Positions 1 through 8,866 of a stretch of 46,985 nt of DNA are shown in pieces. The stretch is from Candidatus Latescibacterota bacterium (lineage in GTDB: Bacteria > Latescibacterota > UBA2968 > UBA8231), in assembly GCA_965205655.1 (NCBI GenBank), contig CBDBIJ010000046.1:1-46985 (forward strand). Direction: 5' to 3'. Every line of letters starts with the position of its first letter. Position 1 is the first letter of the stretch. The notes beneath the pieces were generated by a model. It made no database searches and was not told the origin of the DNA. It was given only the letters and a program-made list of their open reading frames with translations. The translations under genes were made by a program, and so were the position numbers.

Positions 1-522
1 CAAGGCGATTGAGAGGCTGGAGAGGGAGGTGGTAGTGGCTCGGGATAGAGCTGATCGTGCCCTCGAACGGCTCGAGAGTGGGGAGGAAGAGGCCGGGAAG
101 ATGAGGAAGCGGCTTCAGGAGGAACGCGACAACGGTGATAAGCTGAGAGTTGAGCGCTCGCGCCGCATCAAGCTCGAGCGCGAAGCGCGGCAGGCAGGTC
201 AGAACCTGGAAACGCTGCGAGCGGAATATGTGAAGCTTGACAATCGACTCAGAGAGATGGCTCGGCGAGCGCCGTCGTCGGCAACGGTCGATGCGGCGTC
301 GGCGAAGCAGATCGACCTGGCCGCTCTACGGGCGATCGACGCGGCTGAGCTGCTCGGGCTGGGCTCACAGGCGACAGAAGAAGAGGTGAGCAAGATACGT
401 CGCCGTTTGCCACTGCATTCCATCCCGATAGGATCAACCAGCTGCCCTCGTGGGTGGCGGCGTTGTTCGATCAGTTGCTCGGCATCGTCAACGAGAGGTG
501 CGACAAGGCGGGTCGAAAGTAG
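1..522 (+). CDS. 5'-truncated coiled-coil protein with C-terminal J-domain-like (HPD) module; one frameshift near 405
   Basis: Frame of ORF 29..604 is a charged coiled coil ending ...AAELLGLGSQATEEEVSKIRRR. Restoring one T at CGTTTG (~404-409) continues FATAFHPDRINQLPSWVAALFDQLLGIVNERCDKAGRK to TAG 520-522. LGL...HPD is the J-domain pattern. Confidence 0.7.
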
Positions 523-568
523 CCCAGTCGAAGATAAGTGCGTGTGTGTGTTTGTGGGTGTACACGAG

Positions 569-600
569 AGGGCCCACTCCACGAGGGAGTGGGCCTTTAT
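569..600. terminator. Intrinsic terminator hairpin between convergent genes
   Basis: GGCCCACTCC-ACGAG-GGAGTGGGCC perfect 10-bp stem followed by TTTAT; lies between two convergent stop codons. Confidence 0.75.
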
Positions 601-655
601 CTGATTCTCTCGAGTATTCGTATCCGCTGGTTGTCGGGCGTTGGGATCTAGCTGC

Positions 656-919
656 TCAGGCGGCTGCCGCCGCCCGCCCCATCATTTGGTCCAACCGCCG
701 AGAAATCTGCGAGAGGGAAAGGCCCTCCGTAACTCTCATCTCGTGAATCAGGTGTTTGAGAAGAATAACCTCGGCCATGTCGTACAGATCCTTGTTGCCG
801 TGACAGTCAGTGACCTTGAGCAGTCCCTTGGACTTGTACTCTCTCATCTGATGAATCGATTTGCCAAACAACTTCGCGGCATCCTCGATACCGATCAGCT
901 TTGTCTTTCTCGCTGCCAT
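656..919 (-). CDS. Small MerR-family helix-turn-helix protein
   Basis: 87 aa; IEDAAKLFGKSIHQMREYKSKGLL...DLYD...GLSLSQI fits the MerR HTH/wing pattern; strong RBS AAGGAGG upstream. Confidence 0.75.
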   Translation of the reverse strand: MAARKTKLIGIEDAAKLFGKSIHQMREYKSKGLLKVTDCHGNKDLYDMAEVILLKHLIHEMRVTEGLSLSQISRRLDQMMGRAAAAA

Positions 920-1092
920 AGATAAAGACCTCCTTGTCTTTATGTCATGTATTACTATTTCATACTAATGTTATCGGACCAGACGGGAGATACTTGAATA
1001 CTGCCTTCGAAAAAGTCTTTACAGGCGTGACTGACGGGGGTCTGTCAATGTAGGTGATTCTTCCGAACAGATTGGGAGTGAATGTATTAGGG

Positions 1093-1474
1093 TCAATTTC
1101 TCTCCAGGAGCTCGATTTCGTAGCCGTCTGGATCGTCGATGAAGGCCATCTTTTGACCGGAGGTAAACTTATCCCTCCAGCCACCGGGCCAGATTTCGAT
1201 CCCTGAGGACTCGAGGCGATCGCACTCTTCGATGAGATCGGGCACGCCAATTGCCAGGTGCATGATGTCTTCGGGCACCTCCAGGGAGTAGTCATCCGAC
1301 CATGTTAGCTCCAGAGTATGCTCGTTCTCCGGCAGCTCCAGGTGGGCGATGTGATTGCCCGCCGGAGAGCTGTCGTTTCGGCTCCGTAGAACGAACCCCA
1401 AGTGGTCACGGTACCATTAGTGTAGATCGATCCAGATCGCTCACTCGAATCCGGGTGTGAAGAAAAACGGCCAT
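1093..1474 (-). CDS. VOC/glyoxalase I (lactoylglutathione lyase-like) protein, frameshifted near 1418
   Basis: ATG 1474 gives MAVFLHTRIRVSDLDRS; removing one base continues WYRDHLGFVLRS...LELT...HLAIGV...MAFIDDPDGYEIELLE, the classic glyoxalase motifs (~126 aa). Confidence 0.85.
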
Positions 1475-1630
1475 TCGTCAGTCCTTTCCCGCGAAACCTG
1501 CGCCTTTGTTGCGAACGAGGAGCTTGTTCTCCAGTTTCAACGCAAAGGATACGCGATCGGAGCCGGGGGCGGAAAACGCAATCTGCGGTCGACGACCGCC
1601 GTTGCGCCTTTGTCGGCGATGGGATAGACA

Positions 1631-1663
1631 AAGAGCCGGATCACTTATGGACCCGGCTCCTTT
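1631..1663 (-). terminator. Terminator downstream of tRNA-Leu
   Basis: On the minus strand GAGCCGGGTC-CATAAGT-GATCCGGCTC followed by TTTGT; a T tract also follows on the plus strand. Confidence 0.6.
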
Positions 1664-1717
1664 CGGGATGATACCCTGCCGGATACGTCCCGAGTTCGGG
1701 ATTGTCGCCCGCGATTT

Positions 1718-1805
1718 TGGTGCCGAAGGAGGGACTCGAACCCACACGGGGATTAACCCCACTACGCCCTGAACGTAGCGCGTCTACCAGTTTCGCCACT
1801 TCGGC
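1718..1805 (-). tRNA. tRNA-Leu (anticodon CAG), CCA encoded
   Basis: Reverse complement GCCGAAGTGGCGAAACTGGTAGACGCGCTACGTTCAGGGCGTAGTGGGGTTAATCCCCGTGTGGGTTCGAGTCCCTCCTTCGGCACCA: acceptor stem, D-loop GG, CTACG/CGTAG anticodon stem with CAG, long variable arm, GTTCGA T-loop. Confidence 0.98.
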
Positions 1806-1909
1806 TCGAACTCAAAACTAAGCGGCTTCGGGCGTGACAGTCAACACTTTGGGAGCCCGACGGGGCCGACGCTTCAAACACCATTGGCCCAACACCATAA
1901 CAGGGGATT

Positions 1910-2356
1910 GTGGTTGTAGCAAACAACAGAAGGGCCCGTCGGAACTATGAGATCTTGGACTCCTACGAGGCGGGAATCGTGCTTTCGGGAAGCGAGGTGA
2001 AGTCGTTGCGGGGCGGCAAGGTCAACCTCGGAGATAGCTACGCCCGCATCGAGCAGGGACAGGTATTCCTGCACAACCTGAGCATCAGTCAATACAAAGG
2101 CGCGAATCGATTCAACCACGACCCGGTGCGGCCCCGCAAGCTGCTGCTGCATCGCTGGCAGATTCGGCGCCTTGTCAGCCAGACGGAGCAGAAGGGCCTC
2201 ACCCTGATCCCGTTGAAGCTGTATTTCAACCCCCGCAGTCTGGCCAAAGTGGAAATCGCGCTCGTCAGGGGAAAACGGCAGTACGACAAGCGTCAGGACA
2301 TCGCGCGCCGCGACGCCGAGCGAGCCATCGACAGGGCTCTGAGAGGCCACGATTGA
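1910..2356 (+). CDS. smpB: SsrA-binding protein SmpB
   Basis: NRRARRNYEILDSYEAGIVLSGSEVKSLR...RKLLLH...GKRQYDKR motifs; true start may be ~25 nt upstream. Confidence 0.97.
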   Translation: MVVANNRRARRNYEILDSYEAGIVLSGSEVKSLRGGKVNLGDSYARIEQGQVFLHNLSISQYKGANRFNHDPVRPRKLLLHRWQIRRLVSQTEQKGLTLIPLKLYFNPRSLAKVEIALVRGKRQYDKRQDIARRDAERAIDRALRGHD

Positions 2357-3195
2357 GCCTTCCGGCACAGGAACGAGTCCTTCCCTGCAGTCGTTGTGGC
2401 GGCAACGGCGTGCGCTACGATGAGCATGTTGAAGCTGGCAGGCACGGGACCCTGAGGATCTGCGCCTGCATCGAAGAAAAATGCCGCTGCGGTGACCAGC
2501 AGCCGTACCAATATTGGGATGAAGAGTCGAAGCGGCAATGGTGTGACTGTGCACCGAGCAGACGCCGACTTGCCGACATCTCCCGCATGATGAAAGAAGC
2601 TGACATCCCGTCGCGCTTTCGCTGGAAGTTCAGGAGGGAATTCCGCTCCACCGCTCCCGGAGGCGGGACTCCGCTCACTGTCGCCAAGCGGGCCATGCCC
2701 GTAGTGGATTACCTGGCCGCGTTGATCGACGACGACCGGGAGCCCCCAAGGGGTTATTTCTTTTTTGGCACGCCGGGGTCGGGCAAGACCCTTCTGTCCT
2801 GCATTATTCTCAACGAGTTGATTCTTCACAGGGTTCGAAGGGGCCGCTTTCTGAATCTGTCGAGGAAGTACTTTCAGCAGTTGAGGGATACCTACTCGGA
2901 GCGCAGCGAGCACTATGGCCAGACCTGGCGGATCATGGACGAACTGTGCCGGATGCCATATCTCGTACTCGACGATTTGGGTGTTCAGCGGGGGACGGAA
3001 TGGGAGATGGAGATGCTCTACGATCTGATCGATGCCAGATACGGCGAGGAGTTGTTCACCGTCGTGACGACGAACCAGCCGATGGACGACCTGCGCCAGC
3101 TGGCCGACGGCCGCGTCTACTCGCGGCTGGTGGAGATGTGCTATATGGTGGACATGACCGGCGAGGACTTTCGTCTCCACTCGAGATTGGATTGA
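2353..3195 (+). CDS. DnaC/DnaI/IstB-like AAA+ ATPase with Cys-rich N-terminus
   Basis: Walker A GTPGSGKT, Walker B LVLDD, TTN sensor, GRVYSRL and GEDFR C-terminal motifs; N-terminal CSRC, CAC, CRC, CDC; TTG start overlaps the smpB stop. Confidence 0.85.
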   Translation: MSLPAQERVLPCSRCGGNGVRYDEHVEAGRHGTLRICACIEEKCRCGDQQPYQYWDEESKRQWCDCAPSRRRLADISRMMKEADIPSRFRWKFRREFRSTAPGGGTPLTVAKRAMPVVDYLAALIDDDREPPRGYFFFGTPGSGKTLLSCIILNELILHRVRRGRFLNLSRKYFQQLRDTYSERSEHYGQTWRIMDELCRMPYLVLDDLGVQRGTEWEMEMLYDLIDARYGEELFTVVTTNQPMDDLRQLADGRVYSRLVEMCYMVDMTGEDFRLHSRLD

Positions 3196-3209
3196 AGGAG
3201 GCGAATCGG

Positions 3210-3938
3210 ATGGCACAGCGCTTCGATGGCCGAGGTGGCATGGAGTTGCGGCCAGTCAGAATGACGATGGGGTATCTGAACACCTCGCCCGGGTCGGTCC
3301 TGATCGAAATGGGGCAGACGAGAATCATCTGCACTGCCTCGCTGGAGGACCGGGTCCCAGGTTTTCTAGAGGGGAAGAACCGCGGCTGGCTCACCGCCGA
3401 GTACGGCATGCTGCCCGGATCTTCACCCCACCGCATCGCCAGGGAGGCCACCACCGGGAAGACGAACAGCCGCACGAGGGAGATCCAGCGGCTCATCGGC
3501 CGATCGTTGCGCGCAATCACAGATCTGAGTCGCATTGGCGAGCGCACCATTTACGTGGACTGCGACGTGATCCAGGCAGATGGCGGCACAAGAACGGCTG
3601 CTATTACTGGTGGCTATTTAGCTGTGGCACAATCTATTGAGAGTTTTATCTCTATTGGAAAATTGGATGAGAACCCGATTGGGGACACGCTTGCAGCAGT
3701 CAGCGTCGGCGTCGTTGACGGGGAAGTCTTCCTGGATCTGTGCTATGAAGAAGATTCTCGTGCTTCCACGGACATGAACGTGGTGATGACCGGATCTGGG
3801 GGCATCGTCGAGATCCAGGCGACGGCTGAGGGGAGCCCCTTCAGCCGCGACGAGGCCAACGGGATGCTCGACGCGGCCTGGGCAGGAATCGTCGAGCTGC
3901 TCGATCGCCAGAAGAGGGCGCTAGCGGGAACGTGTTGA
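3210..3938 (+). CDS. rph: Ribonuclease PH
   Basis: GSVLIEMGQTRIIC, GWLTAEYGMLP, EIQRLIGRSLR, DCDVIQADGGTRTAAITG, DMNVVMTG; RBS AAGGAGG before ATG 3210. Confidence 0.98.
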   Translation: MAQRFDGRGGMELRPVRMTMGYLNTSPGSVLIEMGQTRIICTASLEDRVPGFLEGKNRGWLTAEYGMLPGSSPHRIAREATTGKTNSRTREIQRLIGRSLRAITDLSRIGERTIYVDCDVIQADGGTRTAAITGGYLAVAQSIESFISIGKLDENPIGDTLAAVSVGVVDGEVFLDLCYEEDSRASTDMNVVMTGSGGIVEIQATAEGSPFSRDEANGMLDAAWAGIVELLDRQKRALAGTC

Positions 3939-3980
3939 CGGCATTGAAGTTGGCTCTTCCTATCGGACACATCCAAATGC

Positions 3981-4009
3981 TTGACAGCTCCGAAGGCCAC
4001 TGGTAATTT
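3981..4009 (+). promoter_or_regulatory. sigma-70-type promoter of the sigma factor gene
   Basis: TTGACA-17 nt-TAATTT with TG extended -10. Confidence 0.6.
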
Positions 4010-4063
4010 TGTAGTCCGCTCTGGCACGACGCAGTGGCGGTCACCCTATCCAAACGGACGCCT

Positions 4064-4924
4064 ATGGCCGAGAGTGCTAAAAGTACGCTTTGGGACATGG
4101 AGGATTCTCTGGGCTCTTACCTCGGTGAGATAGCCAACTCCAGGCCCCTGTCATCATCAGAGGAAGTCGGCCTCGCCCGCAAAATCAAAGATGGAGATGA
4201 GCATGCCCGCAATCTGCTCGTCGAGGCGAATCTTCGTTTCGTCGTCAGCGTCGCCAAGGAATACCAGAATCGTGGCGTGCCGCTGTCAGATTTGATCAGT
4301 GCCGGCAACATGGGTCTCATCACGGCGGCGGAAAGATTCGACGAAAACAAGGGGTTCAAGTTCATATCCTACGCCGTCTGGTGGATTCGCCAGGCCATTC
4401 TTCAAACCCTCGCCGAACAGTCGCGCACAGTCCGCCTTCCGCTCAACAAGATCGGTCTCCTCTACAAAATTTCGAAGGCGTCCCGCGCCCTGCAGCAAGA
4501 GCGCGCCGATGACCCCAATCCCGAGGACATCGCGAGCGAGTTGGATGTACCGGTCGAAGAGGTGAGGGAGACCCTCATGTGCGGCCGTTCCGTACGCTCG
4601 CTCGACGCGACTTTCAAAGAAGAAGAAGATCACAGCCTGCTCGACATTCTTCCCGACGACAGGCAAGAGTCGCCCGAGAACCACGTCATGCGAGGATGCC
4701 TGAGAGGCCAGATCGATTCTGCGCTGGGAACCCTTGTTGGGCGTGAAGCAGAGATCTTGCGGCTTTATTTCGGGTTGGACGGCGAGGAGCCGATGACTCT
4801 CGATGCCATCGGGGCCAGCTTCGGCCTCACTCGCGAGCGCGTCAGGCAAATCAAGGAAAAGGCCCTACATCGGCTCCGCCATCCAAGCCGGTGCGACCAG
4901 CTCAGGACCTACAGCAGAGCGTAA
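4064..4924 (+). CDS. RNA polymerase sigma-70 factor, RpoD/RpoS-like, lacking region 1.1
   Basis: Region 1.2 YLGEI..LSSSEEV; region 2 LVEANLRFVVSVAKEY..GFKFISYAVWWIRQAI..RTVRLP; region 4 GLTRERVRQIKEKALHRLR. Confidence 0.95.
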   Translation: MAESAKSTLWDMEDSLGSYLGEIANSRPLSSSEEVGLARKIKDGDEHARNLLVEANLRFVVSVAKEYQNRGVPLSDLISAGNMGLITAAERFDENKGFKFISYAVWWIRQAILQTLAEQSRTVRLPLNKIGLLYKISKASRALQQERADDPNPEDIASELDVPVEEVRETLMCGRSVRSLDATFKEEEDHSLLDILPDDRQESPENHVMRGCLRGQIDSALGTLVGREAEILRLYFGLDGEEPMTLDAIGASFGLTRERVRQIKEKALHRLRHPSRCDQLRTYSRA

Positions 4925-4987
4925 GCAGCAGCTTCATCCTCCCTCTCCCCCCCGTACGTCCCCTTTCATCAATCGGAGGTTCCATCC

Positions 4988-5146
4988 ATGCCAGCTGACG
5001 TCATGGAAGAGGAGCTTCTGCGTTCGATCGATGATGTCGACACGCAGATTCGGACCTTTCGAAAGAAGGTTCGGGCAGTTCTGATGGCGGCTCAGACAGA
5101 CGCTGAGTCCGCTGGAGGGAGCGCAGGAGACGGAGACGCCCTCTAA
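4988..5146 (+). CDS. Small hypothetical protein (52 aa), not in the ORF track
   Basis: GGAGG RBS ~8 nt before ATG 4988; MPADVMEEELLRSIDDVDTQIRTFRKKVRAVLMAAQTDAESAGGSAGDGDAL*; terminator immediately after. Confidence 0.6.
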   Translation: MPADVMEEELLRSIDDVDTQIRTFRKKVRAVLMAAQTDAESAGGSAGDGDAL

Positions 5147-5164
5147 GGGCGTCTCGAGAGACTG

Positions 5165-5202
5165 GAGAGAGGGAGCGGTGCTTTGCCGCTCCCTCTTTTC
5201 TT
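5165..5202 (+). terminator. Rho-independent terminator
   Basis: AGAGGGAGCGG-TGCTTTG-CCGCTCCCTCT followed by TTTCTT. Confidence 0.8.
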
Positions 5203-5275
5203 GTTGTGTGAGCTTTTTGGAAGGCATACCTTATGAACTTCAATGAAGTTATGGCGTTTTACGGAGATCTGATCG

Positions 5276-7073
5276 ATGCTCAGCGAACAGGAACTACAGC
5301 AGATCTGCCGCGCCTACGAGATCGTTTGCCCAGTTTGCGGCACCTCGAACTCGTACCATCGCCTCAAACGGGATATGGCACGGCCGGCAACCACCGAGGG
5401 GGATGGCCATCCGACGAAGTGGAAGTGGGCCAAACCGGGCTTCGACTCGGTCGATCCGAAATGGTTTTTCATGGGCTCCTGCGGCAAATGCGGCTTTACC
5501 GGAGAACTCGACGATGCCGATTACCGCACCTGTGGCAAGAATCCCGACGGATACAAGAAGGACTTTTCCGAGGAGGGCCTGCAGCAACTGCTCAGCGCGA
5601 GTTCTGTGGGCAAGGGGATCGCCCAATCACTGCTAAAACGGATTAGCGACGACGATCCCTTCGGCAGCACGCTCGCCAAATTGCACCTCGGAATACTTTG
5701 CCAATGTTTGCGCCAACGCGTAATGCCCGGCACGATCGCCAGATACTACTTGCGCATCGCCTGGCTATTCCGGGACCATGAAACATACTACGCTGAGGCC
5801 GATCCGGGCGCTCTCGCTGAAAAAATCGGAAAACTGCGGAAACGCTGGAAGCGGGAGCTGCCCGAACACGACGATTATCCAGCTCAACCGGATCTGGCGC
5901 TGGAGGAGGCAGAGGCGCTGACCCTGTGCCGGTCCTTTTTCGAGCGCAACTACGAAACATTGAAGCAGGCCGGGCAGGAAGACGAATTGCGCCTCCGCCT
6001 CCTCCTGGCCGAGATAGGATTCCGACTCTACGAGCTGACGAACAGCGAGAGTGACTACAAGAGGGCAGCCTCATTCTTCAGCGGCACCATGCAGCAGTGC
6101 TTGAGCATCGTCTCGGACAAGACTATCGTGGGTGGCATCGTGAATCGCGCCCGCGAAATGCTCGAAACGAGCGGTGAGAGGGGGAGGGAGCTACGCGCAC
6201 TTCACAAGAGTCGCGGTGGCACGGACGACAACGGGGACTCCGAAACGCCAAAAGCAGCCAAGAAAAAGAAGAAGGTGCGCAAAGGCGACGCGCCGATGAA
6301 GGACTCGGCGTCGGCGAAAGACGCAACCGCAGCGAGAGGAAAGGGAAAGAAGGAGAAGAGCGCCCCCGTCGGCCCGAACGGAAAGGGGAACGGCGCCGAA
6401 GCGATTGCGACACCAAAGCCAGCAGACGAAGACATCGAGGAGGGAACACAGGCTGAGCGAGATAAGGCCACGAGACAGATGTCCCTACTGCAAAGAAGAG
6501 GTCGAGACGCTGAAGGAGCGGGTGAAGGACCTCGAGGACGACAACAAGAAGTGGCGCCAGCTCATCGGTCGCGACGCCCTGACCGGTTTACCCAATAAGG
6601 TCACCTTGTTTCGCATCGAGCTCCCGAAAATTCTCCGGACTCTGTCCGAACCCTATACCTGCATCGCCATCGGTCTGGACCAGGTGGCCAAAGTCAACCT
6701 CGAGCATGGCTGGCTCATGGGAGACAGAATGCTCAAGGCCTCGGCGAAGGGGTTGCAGAAGTTCCTGCAGGAAGGTGATCAGCTGTACCGAATCGACGGT
6801 TCCAATTTCGTCATCACGGGAAAAATGGACGGGAATGCAGCTCGTCAGCGCGCCACCGACATGCGTCGCAGCCTCGGAACGTTGACGGTGCAGGTCGAGA
6901 ACACGACCCTGCCGCTCGCCTCGAGCCTGGGTGTCGTCACGGTGGAGCAGAAGGCGACAAAATCCGACGCCGAAATCGCTGCCTCCGTGTATCAGGCTCT
7001 GATAACCACCCTCTACAAAGCCAAGGAAAAAGGGGGAAATACAGCTGAGGTCCACAACATCACCCGCTTCTGA
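5276..7073 (+). CDS. Zn-ribbon/helical (DUF2225-like) protein fused to a degenerate GGDEF domain; frameshift at ~6492
   Basis: N-terminal CPVC...CGKCGF followed by a helical region (IARYYLRIAWLFR). Removing one A in CAAAG joins to a coiled coil and RDALTGLPNK...GDRMLK...LYRIDGSNF...SLGV...LYKAKEKGGN (GGDEF fold). About 598 aa. Confidence 0.7.
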
Positions 7074-7145
7074 ACGACCGTGTTGCACGCGTGAGGGTGA
7101 TGTGGGTACACCTGCATAGGTCTATCGTCCCCTACAGTCGGCGCC

Positions 7146-7916
7146 ATGGCCAGCTCTTTTCGAAAAGAAATGGATTTCGCAGCTGAGGCGGCTTGGCACG
7201 CCGGCAGGATCACTCTGCGCTACTTCCAGTCAGACATCGAAGCTGAGCTTAAAGAGGACGCTTCCCCGGTGACTATTGCCGACCGTCAGGCTGAGGAGGC
7301 GATCAGGCGTCTCATCGCCAAAGCCTATCCAGCCGACGGTATTCTCGGCGAAGAGTTCGGTAGGGAGGAAGGGCGCTCCGGTAGGCTTTGGATCGTCGAT
7401 CCCATCGATGGGACCAAATCCTTCCTTCAGGGAGTGCCTCTCTACGGTGTTTTGATCGGGCTCGAAATCGGCGGCCGAGTCGTGGCGGGAGCCGTGCACA
7501 TGCCTGCTCTCGACGAAATGGTGTGTGCCGCCGAGGGTGAGGGCTGCTGGTGGGACGGTCAGGCGGCCCGCGTCTCAGACGTATCGAGCCTCCGCCAAGC
7601 CTGCGCCTGTTACACGAGCGAGCATTCGTTCGACGACAACGACCGACGCGGCGCTCGCGATCGGCTCGTCGATGCGGCGCGGCTGTGGCGCGGCTGGGGT
7701 GATTGCTACGGTCACATCCTCGTGGCGACCGGAAGAGCGGAGGCCATGTTCGATCCCGTCATGAGTCCCTGGGACTGCGCACCTCTCGTGCCCATCCTGT
7801 CAGAGGCGGGCGGAACCTTCACCGATTGGCAGGGGGAGTCGACGATCTACGGCGCCGACGCATTGTCGACGAACGGTCATGTCTTCGACGAAGTCAGATC
7901 CTGTATTGGAACCTGA
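7146..7916 (+). CDS. hisN: Histidinol-phosphate phosphatase, inositol monophosphatase family
   Basis: SPVTIADR, GILGEE, WIVDPIDGTKSF, GWGDCYG, WDCAP motifs typical of HisN-type IMPases. Confidence 0.8.
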   Translation: MASSFRKEMDFAAEAAWHAGRITLRYFQSDIEAELKEDASPVTIADRQAEEAIRRLIAKAYPADGILGEEFGREEGRSGRLWIVDPIDGTKSFLQGVPLYGVLIGLEIGGRVVAGAVHMPALDEMVCAAEGEGCWWDGQAARVSDVSSLRQACACYTSEHSFDDNDRRGARDRLVDAARLWRGWGDCYGHILVATGRAEAMFDPVMSPWDCAPLVPILSEAGGTFTDWQGESTIYGADALSTNGHVFDEVRSCIGT

Positions 7917-8799
7917 GACTGTCTCGAACTCGGTGCGAGGCGCCACGAGGGCGCTGCTCCGCTTTCATTGGGTGGTGCCAGCCGGACGTCTGTTCAAGAA
8001 AACGGTGCGCTCGACGTATGACCACCACTGCGCGGACGCATCTGCCGCCATGGCCTTCGATTTCATCTTTGCCATCTTCCCCGGTATCGTAATCCTGGCG
8101 GCTCTCCTGGCACTGATGGATATCCCTATTGAGTCATTCGGTGAGCTCACAAGCGATCTCGGTATCGTAGTGCCGCATCCGGTCGCGGCGGTGGTGGCGG
8201 AGAACATCCTTCACGTGTGGGAAACCTCACAGAGCCTCTTCTTCATCGGCATTATCGGGGTGTTATGGCCCGCCTCCGCGAGCATGTCCACGACGATGAA
8301 CGCCCTCAACCGGGCCTATGCCACCATCGAGCAGCGAACCTTCTGGCAGCGCCGGGTGCTCTCCATTGTGCTGGTGATCAGCATGGGGCTCGCGCTCATC
8401 TTTCTCTTCAACCTCATCGCCTTTAGCGAGCAGGTTGAAGCGTGGCTCAGTGCAAACTGGGCCATTTCCAATCAAATGCCTTCGCTGGCGGGGATTGTTC
8501 GACGCGCCGCCGTCGTGTGTGGCACCCTCGCAGTGGCGGCGACCATCTATCGCGTCGCCCCGGATGTGAAACTGGGATGGCTCGACGTAGCGCCCGGCAG
8601 CGTCCTGTTCCTGGCGCTGTGGTCTATCATAGCGGGGGGGTTTGGGTATTTTGTCGCGAACTTCGGATATTACAACGTCATCCACGGTCTTCTCTACGGC
8701 GTCATCGTGCTCCTTCTGTCGGCCTACCTCGTCGCCTTCACACTCCTACTGGGCGGGGAACTCAACGGAAATCTCTATCGCATGCGCCGAAGTGGCTGA
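7879..8799 (+). CDS. YihY/BrkB family membrane protein
   Basis: FAIFPGI, MNALNRAY, IYRVAPD, APGS, FGYYNVIHGLL, LLLGGELN; multiple TM helices; start uncertain. Confidence 0.88.
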   Translation: MSSTKSDPVLEPETVSNSVRGATRALLRFHWVVPAGRLFKKTVRSTYDHHCADASAAMAFDFIFAIFPGIVILAALLALMDIPIESFGELTSDLGIVVPHPVAAVVAENILHVWETSQSLFFIGIIGVLWPASASMSTTMNALNRAYATIEQRTFWQRRVLSIVLVISMGLALIFLFNLIAFSEQVEAWLSANWAISNQMPSLAGIVRRAAVVCGTLAVAATIYRVAPDVKLGWLDVAPGSVLFLALWSIIAGGFGYFVANFGYYNVIHGLLYGVIVLLLSAYLVAFTLLLGGELNGNLYRMRRSG

Positions 8800-8866
8800 C
8801 GTGTCACGAGTACGGCGGCTGCGAAACCGCCGAACGGCGAGTGTCAATCCAAGCGGAGGCAATGTC

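Noticed and set aside
1718..1805. tRNA-Leu as an attachment site for an integrated element
   Set aside because: No integrase, and I saw no duplicated tRNA 3' end elsewhere in the window.
2353..3195. IS21 element (IstB)
   Set aside because: No IstA transposase or terminal repeats; the gene is tightly packed between smpB and rph.
2946..3209. Long N-terminal extensions in the ORF track for rph, holA, epmA and the response regulator
   Set aside because: They overlap neighbouring genes; downstream starts match RBS or stop/start overlaps and the homology boundaries.
2293..3216. Long antisense ORFs (e.g. 2293..3216, 14952..15683, 19520..20341, 40816..41607)
   Set aside because: Shadow ORFs opposite well-supported genes, as expected in high-GC DNA.
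3624..3640. sigma-54 promoter (TGGCAC...TTG) in rph
   Set aside because: Spacing to TTG is off by one and the -12 GC is missing.
4934..5243. Minus-strand ORFs 4934..5227 and 5001..5243
   Set aside because: No recognisable motifs; the plus-strand 52-aa ORF has an RBS and a correctly oriented terminator.
6485..6500. Programmed ribosomal frameshift joining the Zn-ribbon and GGDEF ORFs
   Set aside because: Needs a +1 shift, has no canonical slippery heptamer, and lies among several similar single-base indels; error is more parsimonious.
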